In this document: positions 11,591 to 21,509 of the stretch, piece after piece
Layout of the letters: every line of letters starts with the position of its first letter
How positions within the stretch are numbered: the stretch's first letter is position 1
Assembly: GCF_004010195.1 (NCBI RefSeq)
Contig: NC_057755.1
Span: 3,398,962-3,462,961, forward strand
Direction: 5' to 3'
DNA length: 64,000 nt
Source: Chiloscyllium plagiosum
Taxonomy: Eukaryota
Notes under the pieces: generated by a model
Seen by the model: the letters and a program-made list of their open reading frames with translations, nothing else
What the model was told of the DNA's origin: nothing
The model's database searches: none
Made by a program: the position numbers and the translations under genes

Positions 11591-11823
11591 TTCAGCCCCT
11601 TCCCCAGCCTGTCCCACAGGAACAGGAGGAGGCCATTCAGCCTCTTCCCCAGCCTGTCCCACAGGAACAGGAGGAGGCCATTCAGCCCCTTCCCCAGCCT
11701 GTCCCACAGGAACAGGAGGAGGGCCATTCAGCCCCTTCCCTAGCCTGTCCCACAGGAACAGGAGGAGGCCATTCAGCCCCTTCTCCAGCCTGTCCCACAG
11801 GAACAGGAGGAGGGCCATTCAGC
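11591..11823. repeat. 45-46 bp minisatellite, ~5 units, derived from an antisense CR1 3' tail
   Basis: Unit ttcagccccttccccagcctgtcccacaggaacaggaggaggcca. The ggaacagg..ggaggccattca motif also begins antisense CR1-tail-like sequence at 19555-19575. Confidence 0.85.
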
Positions 11824-12525
11824 TCCTTGAACCTCTTCCTCTCAATTAGATACTTTAAGTTCTGGTTCTCAAATCCATTTACCTGACTTTGCTCCATTTC
11901 CTTCAATACCCTGATTCAACAAACATCTCTCAGTTTCAATCTTGAAAGCTTTACGTGATCCCCAGTTGGTTTTGAGGGGGCGGGGTAGTCCTTGATCTAT
12001 ATTCCCCTTTCTGTGACAAACTGCTTCCCAACATCATTCCTGAAGGTTCTCACTCTAATCCCAATATTCACTGCCATCTGTCACCTCAGTGAAGGGAATA
12101 GTTCCTCTCTGTCATTCCCAACAACTCCTGAAGCATCTTAAACACCTTATTTTGTTGACATCTGAAACTTCTAATCTCAGAAAACGGGCCTAGTTCTGGT
12201 GGCTCTGTAGTGGTGTCCCTACCTCTGGACCAGAATTCCAGGATTCCATTCCCACCCGCAGACAAGTGTGTGATCTTTCCTCAGAATTTAGCCTTTTTTT
12301 AAAAATCCCTGTAATCTTTTGCCGTTGCCAATATACGCTTCCTGTGGCGCAGTGTCCGAACTGAACGCAGAGAATGGAAGGAGCTTCCCATCTGTGAGAA
12401 ACTCGTTGCTGAATAGAAGCTGTTGTTGTAGAGATGTAGCCTGAGCTTCTGTGGATAACGCCAGCCCTGTGTGTCTTTGCGTGTCCGCAAATCAATACTA
12501 ACCATTCTGTCGATCTCCTTCACAG

Positions 12526-12582
12526 TACATCATTTCAGGAGCATTGACAACGGAAATAAAGGACGTATCCAACTCGTTCAAG
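12526..12582 (+). CDS. MS4A-family exon, rest of TM2: YIISGALTTEIKDVSNSFK
   Basis: CTAAC branch point, ctccttcacag acceptor, AAG|gtcagt donor. A 57-nt phase-0 exon beginning YIISG is typical of MS4A genes. Confidence 0.92.
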
Positions 12583-12599
12583 GTCAGTATTGCTTCAAA

Positions 12600-13980
12600 A
12601 ATGCAGATCCCCAGAGCAAGCTGCAGATGTTAGAATGGAAATTGCATTCACAAAGCTGGGAATAAGAGATCCTCGCGGTACTGCAGTGGGTTGGCGTCTA
12701 AACAAATCCAGCTGACTGTTGTCCCTTAGGGAAGAATATCTGCTGAGCTTGCTCAGGCCGGCCTCCACATGGCCCCACATCTGGTTGGCTGTGAGCTGTC
12801 TGAGTGAGCCCACTCCATTGTTTCAAACTGGCGTAACAACAAAGGGCATTGGAAGTGGGAGGACCACCCAGCTTCAGGTCAGGGCACCGGAGATAGCAAC
12901 AAAACCCACCTCATGACTAACATCTGGCCAAGTGGGGAGAGCTGCCCCCCTCCCCTCCCCCCACCCCCAGGCGACTCAGTCAACAGTTTGACATCGTCAT
13001 ACTCACAGGATCAATGTCCTCACTATCCCTGGGTATACCCTGTGGGACCAGTAAGATAGGCTCAGTAGAGATGGGAGGGAGCTGCCCTGGGGAGTCCTCA
13101 GCATTGCCAGATGTCATAGACCCTATGACGTCTCACAGCATCTGGTCAAATGCCAACCCCCCCCCACATTGCTGACGCATCTGTGCTCCTCCATGTTCAA
13201 CAACACCAAAAGGAAGTACCGAGAGTGGGGAGGGCACAGACTGTGCTCTGGGTGGGGACTTCGGCATCACTCGGAGTGGCTCAGCAGCACTGCTACTGAC
13301 TCAAGGACATTACTGCCAGACTGGGTGGGCAACCGATGGTGAGGGAACCAACAAGAGGGACAATCAAACTTCATCTCATCCTCTCCGGTCTCCCTGCTGC
13401 AGGTGAGAATTATCACTGCACAGTCCCGGTAGAGACAAAGCCCCATCTGAACTCTGACGGTGTACTCGGTCATGTCGTGTGGCACCATCACAGATCAAAC
13501 AACTCGAGGCACTGTGTGCTGTTAGCTGCAGCAGAACTGTATTCAAAACCGATCCGCTCTCTCAGGGCCTGACAAACCTCCACCATGACCATTAGGGCCA
13601 GGTATTCAACAAAGAGTGCAAGACAGCACGGCCAGAGCATCATCGGACAAACCTAAAAACAGGGGGTGTCAACCTGGGGAAGCTACAAACCACAAGCACG
13701 TCCATCTGGAAGGGCCAGGGCAGCAGCAGGTACCCCCCCCCCCCCCCCCTGCACACCCCCCTGCAAGCTCCCCCCCTCCAAATCACTCCCCGTCCTGACT
13801 TGCAAATAGATCCTGGTTCCTTGAGCGTCGCTGGGTCAGAATCCCGGAATTCCCTCCCTGAGGATGGCACAGGGATTGTAGGGGTTCAGGAAAGCAGCTC
13901 ACCACCACCTTTTCAAATGTGGAAACTAGGAGACAGCAATAAATGCTGGCCCAGCCGGTTTAGCCACATCCCATGAATGA
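12600..13980 (+). mobile_element. Old, internally deleted non-LTR retrotransposon (CR1/L2-group) remnant
   Basis: Endonuclease-like remnants LWVGTS (degenerate WVGDF), VREPTRG, LHLILSGLPAA, NYHCTVPVETK. The 3' tail gcaataaatgctggcc...cacatcccatgaatgaa is present, and related pieces lie at 9400-9970 and 10380-10700. Confidence 0.6.
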
Positions 13981-14374
13981 ACTAGACGTGCTCATGGATA
14001 CCTAGTTCAGGTTCTACCCGGAGCTGTCAGCTCCTGAGCCCATGACAGCATCGATCCAGACATTAGGAACAGGAAGGGATACAGAGAACAAACCCAAGAG
14101 GAAATCAACAGGTAAGGTTAAAGAATACAACTAAAATGGAAGGTCAAAAACGAGAGCTTTGAATCTGAGTGCAAAAGCGTTTGAAACCAAACATATACTG
14201 TCTGCTCATTGACTTGTATTTATACAATCTGACAGCCATTACAAGGTCCTGTTGTGGCACAGTGGACCGAGAGGCCCAGGGTTCATACCTGCTCCAGAGA
14301 TGTGTCATAACTTCTTAGAACAGGTTGTTTTGAACAATAGGTTAAACACAAGCAGATAGAGACTACAGTATGAT

Positions 14375-14700
14375 GATTAGATTCCCTACAGTGTGGAAAC
14401 AGGCCCTTCGGCCCAATAAGTCCACACCGACCCTCCGAAGAGCAACCCACCCAGACCCATTCCCTTACACTCATCCCTGACTAATGCACCTAACACTACG
14501 GGCAATTTAGCACGGCCAATCCATCCTGACCTGCACACCTTTGGACTGTGGGAGGAAACTGGAGCACCCGGAGGAAACCCACACAGACCCGGGGAGAATG
14601 TGCAAACTCCACACAGTCAGTTGCCCTGAGGCTGGGATCGAACCTGGGTCCCTGGCGCCGTGAGGCAGCAGCGCTAACCACTGAGCCACCGTGCCGCCCC
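14375..14700 (-). mobile_element. Full-length HE1-type tRNA-derived SINE (V-SINE)
   Basis: Minus strand: gggcggcacggTGGCTCAGTGGttagc (A box), GGTTCGATCCC (B box), central tgtgtggagtttgcacattctcccc domain and an aatct tail. Confidence 0.92.
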
Positions 14701-15229
14701 TAGATATAGATTGATATAGATTGGGAGCTGAGTATTGATGGATCCAACAATCTGGGAGAAAGTGGACGGTTACGTTATCAATGAATGATAGCGTTAGTGT
14801 AGCTGAGGAAATCTAGATTTAGAAGTGGTCCGGTTAGCGATCAGAAACGATCAAGGCACAAAGTCATTTGTGGGAGTGGTATGCAGGAGGCCAAACAGTA
14901 ACTACAGGGAAGGGTACAGTGTGAAAGAAATAAAACTGGAATTTTAGTCTACATATAAACTGGGAAAATCAGATGGGCAAATATAACCTTGATAAGGTGT
15001 TCATACTCGAGCATTTTCAGGATAGATCCTTTGAACAGTACCTGATGGTGTGTAATATGTTAGGATTAATTAATAAACTCACAGTGAAGGTGCTTCTAGG
15101 CAATAGTAATCATAATACAATTGAATTTTGGTTTCAGTTTGAGGGAACAAATAGTTGGATCCAAGACTAATAGTTGAAACACACATAAGGACAATGATGA
15201 GGATAGAGGAGCAGAGCTAGTTAAAATGA

Positions 15230-15359
15230 TCTATCACCTGATGAAGGAGCGTCACTCCGAAAGCTAGTGTGCTTCCAGTTAATCCTGTTGTACTATAACC
15301 TGGTGTTGTGTGATTTTTAACTTTGTACACCCCAGTCCAACACCGGCATCTCTGAATCA
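15230..15359 (+). mobile_element. 130-bp Penelope-terminus insertion with perfect 12-bp TSD
   Basis: TAGTTAAAATGA at 15218-15229 and 15360-15371. Confidence 0.85.
15235..15269 (+). ncRNA. Minimal type I hammerhead ribozyme motif, core intact
   Basis: cac CUGAUGA a GGAG cguca CUCC GAAAGCUA gug: 3-bp stem I, 4-bp stem II, and palindromic AGCU in place of stem III. Confidence 0.75.
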
Positions 15360-16118
15360 TAGTTAAAATGAGTTGGCAAATTAGATTGGAGATCAGTCAA
15401 TAAAGATGCAGTGGCAAATATTCAAGAGGAATATACAGAGCAGGCTGACTCAAAAAAAACTCAATACAAATTCCAAGGGAAGGACACACACACCATTTGT
15501 AGTTAACTGAAAAAAAGTTAAAGATGGTATCAAAATTAAAGAAAAAGCATTCAATTATACAAAGCTGAGTGGCAGGTAAAAAGACTGGACAGAATATTTT
15601 TTAAAAAGCAAGGAACGACTAAACAATTATTGAGGGAAAGATTTGCGAATGCTAGAAAGTTAGCTATAAATATTAAAACAGATATTAAGAGTTTCTAAAG
15701 ATTTTTCAAAGAAAAGAGTATTGAACATAGTAAGTTTTGGTCTGAGAGAAAGTCAGTCGAGAGAATTATTAAGAGAAAGTGAAGTGGCAGAGGTAATGAC
15801 CAGGTATTTTCCATTAGTCTTCACCATGGAGGTGCCAAGTAACATCCTAGAGAAAAGTGGAAATCAGGAAAAGGGAGGAAAGGAAGCTGAGGTGAGGAGA
15901 AATCTGTTTTTTTCTCTCTCAGAGAGTGAAAGATGGTGGAAGCAGAGTCCTTGAGCATTTCAAAGACATCGGCAGATGGCTTGTTGATAAGTAAACGGTG
16001 TGACAGGTTATGAGGGTAGGCAGCAATCTGGAATAAACAGATCATCGTGACTTATCTTGGCTGGCATTGTAGGTTTCAGGGGCCTGAGAGATTTACTGCT
16101 GCTCCTAATTTAAACGTA

Positions 16119-16228
16119 GCTGAAAATGTGTTGCAGCAAATGCGCAGTAGGTCAGGCAGCATCCAAGGAGCAGGAGAATCGACGTTTCGGGCATGAGCCC
16201 TTCTTCAGGAATGATTCCACACTGTAAG
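16119..16228 (-). mobile_element. 110-bp Penelope-terminus insertion with perfect 13-bp TSD and intact hammerhead core
   Basis: TAATTTAAACGTA at 16106-16118 and 16229-16241. Minus strand: CUGAAGA a GGGC ucau GCCC GAAACGUC. Confidence 0.85.
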
Positions 16229-16439
16229 TAATTTAAACGTATGCTAATATGTTTAGAGAAAAGAGCTGAACACAAGAGGAGAGGTAAAAGTGACTGCCAT
16301 TAACATCAGGACAACATTTGACCAAGTATGGCATCAAAATGACAACAGGCTGTGTGCTGATTGGAAGCAAATATGTGTATTTATATAAAACATATCACCA
16401 TTTCAGGACATCCCAAAGTTCTTCACAGCGACTGACACA

Positions 16440-16768
16440 TATAAGATAATCCGAGGGTTAGATAGGGTGGACAGTGAGAGCCTATTTCCTCAGATGGTGG
16501 TGGCTAGCACGAGGGGACGTAGCTTTAACTTGAGGGGTGATAGATATAGGACAGATGTCATGGGTAGTTTCTTAACTCAGAGAGTAGGAGGGGCGTGGAA
16601 CGCACTGCCTGTAACAGTAGTAGACTTGCCACATTTAAGGGCATTTAAATGGTCATTGGATAGTCATATGAATGAAATTGGAATAGTGTAGGTTAAATGG
16701 GCTTCTGATTGGTTCCACGGGTTGAGGGTTGAAGGGCCTGTACTGCGCTGCAATGTTTGATGTTCTAA
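16440..16768 (+). mobile_element. CR1 LINE 3' fragment
   Basis: YKIIRGLDRVDSESLFP...TRG..F.LRG...FLTQRVGGAWNALP ORF2 C-terminus plus 3' UTR. Confidence 0.88.
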
Positions 16769-17057
16769 GTTTATTTATTCATGGTAGTAAATGCACAGCA
16801 AGGTCTCGCAAAGATCAGCAAGTGAACTCGAGTTCTGCCTCATCTTCTGGCCCCAAGAGCGTTTTCACAAATGCTGCAGTCACTTACCACGTGGCTGTTT
16901 ATGGAAGGATACCGGCAGCCACTCAGCCTGCCCCACTTTGTAACTCCACTTTGCTCAAGTACTTTAGGTCCCACAAGAAGCTGCTTATAAAAAGGAGGCA
17001 CTTCCTACTCTTGTGTGACATCTCTCAGGAGACCCTCCCGAATCAGAACTTTTTTTT

Positions 17058-17361
17058 TAGATGACTTACAGTGTGGAAACGGCCCTTCGGCCCAACAAGT
17101 CCACACCGACCCTCCGAAGAGCAACCCACCCAGACCCATTCCCCTACATTTACCCCTTCACCTAACACTACGGACAATTTAGCATGGCCAATTCACCTGA
17201 CCTGCACATCTTTGGACTGTGGGAGGAAACCGGAGCCCCCGGAGGACACCCACGCAGACACGGGGAGAATGTGCAAACTCCACACAGACAGTCACCTGAG
17301 GTGGGAATTGAACCCGGGTCTCTGGCGCTGTGAGGCAGCAGTGCTAACCACTGTGCCGCCC
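17058..17361 (-). mobile_element. HE1-type SINE ending 29 nt before the MS4A TM3 exon
   Basis: A and B boxes, central domain and tail as in the other copies. Confidence 0.92.
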
Positions 17362-17390
17362 ATTAATGTTGTCGTGGGTGTGTTTTGCAG

Positions 17391-17516
17391 GTGAAGGTTG
17401 TGTTTGCGTCAAATGTTTTGAGTGCGGTCATGGCCGGACTGGGGATCATTGCATATTCCATGTCCCTGTATTATCCACTGGTTTATTATGACCAATATCA
17501 TGGAGCACACCGGCCG
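17391..17516 (+). CDS. MS4A-family exon, TM3 and second extracellular loop: VKVVFASNVLSAVMAGLGIIAYSMSLYYPLVYYDQYHGAHRP
   Basis: ttttgcag acceptor, CCG|gtaagt donor, 126 nt, phase 0-0. Matches the MS4A TM3 pattern N-x-x-S-A-x-x-A-x-x-G-I. Confidence 0.92.
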
Positions 17517-17903
17517 GTAAGTACAACAGTATTGTACCATAACGAATTTTTAATTAAAAACTCCCAAGTATTGCCAGGGAAAGAGCCATAACAATCATCT
17601 CCATGGTGCATTCTCCATGACAACCCCTCGATCAATCAAAGTTCACTTGCCAGCCAATTGGAAAATCCTCTTCTCACGGGGCATAAATTGGTGTTCCCTT
17701 TAAGATGTGGTATTCTTGCGATTCTGTCCTGATGGGGACAAGACAAAATGTTTGATCCAATGAGGCTCTTTCTCAGCAATATAAAAAGATATTTTGTATG
17801 CTTGGACTTTTCAGCTTGATTATAACAGATAATTTTGAGAAGATTTGCAACCCAGGTTGGGGTTCTGGATGTAGGTTTGCTCGTTGAGCTGGGAGGTTCA
17901 TTT

Positions 17904-17943
17904 CCAGACGTTTCGTCACCCTACTAGGTAACATCTTCAGTGG
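17904..17943 (-). ncRNA. Minimal hammerhead ribozyme motif in the Penelope pLTR
   Basis: cca CUGAAGA u GUUACC uaguag GGUGAC GAAACGUC ugg: 6-bp stem II, 3-bp stem I, ACGU palindrome. Confidence 0.8.
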
Positions 17944-18252
17944 GCCTCAGGCAAAGCAGTGTACATGATTCCTGCTTTCTTTTTATATGTTTGGGTTTCT
18001 TTGGGCTGGTGATGTCATTTCCTGTGGTGGTGCCATTTCCAGTGGTGATGTCACTTCCGGCTCTTTTTCTCAGGGGGTGGTAGATGGGGTCTAACTCGAT
18101 GTGTTTGTAGATAGAGTTCCGGTTGGAATGCCATGCTTCTAGGAATTCTCGTGCATGTCTCTGTTTGGCTTGTCCGAGGATGGATGTGTTGACCCAGTTG
18201 AAGTGGTGTCCTTCCTCATCTGTATGTAAGGATACTAGTGAGAGAGGGTCAT

Positions 18253-18687
18253 AGCAGGACTTATACACTTAATGGTAAGGTCCTAGGGAGTGTTGCTGAA
18301 CAAAGAGACCTTGGAGTGCAGGTTCATAGCTCCTCGAAAGTGGAGTCGCAGGTAGATAGGATAGTGAAGAAGGTGTTTGTTTGGCTTTCTTTATTGGTCA
18401 GAGTATTGAGTACAGGAGTTGGGAGGTCATGTTGCGGCTGTACAGGACATTGGTTAGGTCACAGTTGGAATATTGCGAGCAATTCTGGTCTCCCTCCTAT
18501 CGGAAAGATGTTGTGAAACTTGAAAGGGTTCAGAAAAGATCTGGATTTGTATATGAATAGGAAGGGTTTGGAGGGATATGGGCCGGGTGCTGGCAGGTGG
18601 GACTGGATTGGGTTGGGATATCTGGGTCAGCATGGATGAGTTGGACCGAAGGGTCTGTTTCCGTGCTGTACATCTCTATGACTCTAT
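18253..18687 (+). mobile_element. 5'-truncated, internally deleted CR1 nested in the Penelope element
   Basis: RTYTLNGKVLGSVAEQRDLGVQVH...ERVQKR jumps directly to LDLYMNRKGLEGYG; ctctatgactctat tail. Confidence 0.88.
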
Positions 18688-19109
18688 GTCGTTTTGTGGC
18701 TAGTTAATGTTCATGTATCCTGGTGGCTAGTTTTCTGTCTGTTTGTCCAATGTACTGTTTGTTACAATTCTTGCATGGTATTTTGTAAACGACATTAGTT
18801 TTGCTTGTTGTCTGTATAGGGTCTTTCAAGTTCATTAGCTGCTGTTTAAGTGTGTTGGTGGGATTGTGGGCTACCATGATGCCAAGGGGTCTGAGTATAA
18901 CAAACAAATCCCCAGTCCTCTCTTGAAAGTCTCAACTCCCAGGATCACCCCGATGAGATTGAAATGTTCCAAAGTATGAAATAGTGTCTCTAACATCCCA
19001 GGGCAGATTTAAGGAGTGATCAGTGAACAAAACTGGCAAAGAGCCGCGTAAGGAGATAATGGGTTTTAGATCAGTGTGGAAACAAGCCATTCAGCCCAAC
19101 AAGTCCACA

Positions 19110-19535
19110 GTGAGGAGAGACTGGGATTATATTCATTGGAATTCAGAATAACGAGGAGGGATTTTATAGAAACGTATAAAATAATGAAGGGAATGGATGA
19201 GATAGAAGTCGAGAGGTTGTTTGCACTGGCGGGTGAAACCCGGACAAGAGGGTATAGCCTCGAGATTAGAGGGAGCAGATTTCAGACGGAATTGAGAAGG
19301 AACCTCTTCACCCGGAGGATCGAGAATCTGTGGAATTCCCTGCCCAGGGAAGTAATTGATGCTACTTCAGTAAATGTTTTTAAAGCTAAGGTAGATTTTT
19401 TTTTTGGAAAAATAAAGGGATTAAAGGATACGGCGAGAGTGCGGCTGAGCTCATGAAGAGATCAGCCACGACCTGATAGAATGGTGGAGCAGGCTCGATG
19501 GGCCGAACGGCCTACTTCTGCTCCTAGTTCTTAGG
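19110..19535 (+). mobile_element. CR1 LINE 3' fragment
   Basis: RLGLYSLEFR..RRDFIETYKIMKG...FTRRIENLWNSLP. Confidence 0.88.
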
Positions 19536-20894
19536 TTCGAAGGCTTGGAAGATGGGAACAGGGGGAGGCCATTCAACCCCGCAAGTCTGTTACCATGGTC
19601 ACCCAGTATGCTAAGAGCAAATACCTTCCATGATCAGACACCCCTTTTACACTCCCCAGGTTCCTCCGGTTATGTTAGACATCTCTACCCTTGAATCGAG
19701 TTTGGGGAACACTGGAGCAAGGTTGACTGTCAAAGCTCCTCAGTGTAGTCCTTGGTCGCTATGGGAATGGAGTTTAAGCCCAAGATGCAGTGTATGTTGA
19801 TTCTGAAGGGCAGGGCAGGTTTGACTGGCCAACACCTGCTCATACCATCACAACACCATCCCAGTTTTCCCGAGACACAGAGGGTGCCTCAATGAATCTC
19901 CTTCTTCAGTTTGGGAGATATCTTTGCGTCACAAATAAGGAGGAAAAGAGAAGAAATACGAGCAGGAGTCAGCCAGTCAAACTTGTGCTGCTCTTCAGAG
20001 CGATCATACACTGGATCATGGGCTTAAACTCCACTTGCCTGCCCAGTGCCCTTAACCCAAAGCAACGAAAACTATGTTACCCTGGTCTTAAATGTATTTA
20101 ACAACGGAGCATTTACTGGGATAGTGTTCAGGGCCACTTGGGAAAATATGCTGATTCTCTCTGGGTTTGTAGCCAAACTTAATAATTTAATCGAAGTAAC
20201 AAAGTCCCTAATTTACCTGTCTGATGTATCAGTTTAACAGAAAGCACTGACTAGGTTCCCGTACTTAAACAGACCCACTTAAATGCTAACCACAGGTAAA
20301 CAGCTATGAACTATCAACACACAACTCTGCCAGTGAACTCTAACACCCTTTTTAAAATTATTACAAACACATACACAAGCAAAACAAAAACGGCAGCAGG
20401 GGTGGAGGAAGAAGTATTGGGAAATCACAGTTCAATTGCACCAGTTCACCGAGTTTAATGAGGTGCACTGTCTCTTCCCAGGGCGTTCTATCTTCCATTC
20501 TCCTTCCTTCCAGGTCCTTTCAACATTTGGCTGAAGGCACACGGGATTTGCACAATAATTATTCAGGTTCACAGTGACTGGTTTATAGCAAATTTCAGGT
20601 GTAAGTTATTGTGCTGCAGTCAGTTTCAAACAGATCCTGCCCTCTTCCAATCTGGAGATCTGTTGTCCCTGTATCGTTCAGACCCACCGGCTGTTCAGCT
20701 GCCGAGGACTCACTCCGAGACCTTTTTTGTCAGGCTGATGATCTCTGGTGTCCACATTTGCAAAAAAAAAAGTTGCAATCTGTTGCTGGCCAGAACTCGT
20801 TCTGCACACCCATCCCACTGCTGAGCCAGCTCATCCCTCCTTCCCCACAGCGCACAAAGCAACAGTGTAAACACAACTCCCAATGAGTTCCAGG

Positions 20895-21430
20895 CCTTTT
20901 TCTGGAGCACTGTGTCCAGTTCTGGACCCCCTGCTATAGGAAGGGTGTTATTAAAACTGGAGAGGGGTTCAAGTAGAGATTTACCAGGGTGTTGCTGGGA
21001 ATGGAGGGTTTGAGTTATATAGGAAAGGCTGGGACTTGTTTGACTGGAGTGTTGCACGTGAGAGGTGACCTTATAGAAGTTTACAAAATACTGAGAGGTA
21101 TAGATAGGGTGAATGGTCAGTGTCATTTCCCTAAGGTGGGGGATTTCAAAACTGGGGAACATGTTGTTCAGGTGAGAGGCAAAAGATTTAAAAAAAAGAC
21201 ATGAGGGGCAACTTTAGTTTTACACAGAGAGTGGTTCGTGCGTGGGCTGAACTTCCTGAGGAAGTGATGGATGTGGGCACAGTTACAACATTTAGGGAAA
21301 TACATGAACAGGAAATGTTTGGAGGGATAAGGACCAAGGCACGGCAGGTGGGACTAGTTTAGTTTGGGAATTATGGTCAGCATGGACTGGTTGGGCCGAA
21401 GGGTCTGTTTCCATGTTGTATAACTGTGTA
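20895..21430 (+). mobile_element. CR1 LINE 3' fragment
   Basis: LEHCVQFWTP, RGDLIEVYKILRGIDRV and a CR1-type tail. Confidence 0.85.
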
Positions 21431-21509
21431 CCATGTTTTTAAGAGTGCAGCGATTCCTTCCTCAGCCCTTGGATTTGAAAACAGCCTTTAATCCATCCTT
21501 TAATCCATT

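Larger units (their letters stand above)
14720..15850 (+). mobile_element. Decayed CR1 ORF2 (endonuclease to linker)
   Basis: LGNSNHNTIEFWFQFEG, IRNDQGTKSFVGVVCRRP and YFPLVFTME remnants. Confidence 0.7.
17835..18897 (-). mobile_element. Penelope-like element 3' part (GIY-YIG endonuclease and pLTR), split by a CR1 insertion
   Basis: NVVYKIPCKNCNKQYIGQT..KLATRIHEH continues after the insert as DPLSLVSLH.DEEGHHFNW...AREFLEAWHS. Confidence 0.92.

Noticed and set aside
14620..14700. tRNA gene (A and B boxes; also near 17300, 33560, 35080, 42830)
   Set aside because: These are tRNA-derived SINE heads that continue into the HE1 body and tail.
20567..20620. FIANFRCKLLCC resembling the end of MS4A TM4
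   Set aside because: Too short and not hydrophobic upstream; the better acceptors nearby give stops in phase 0.
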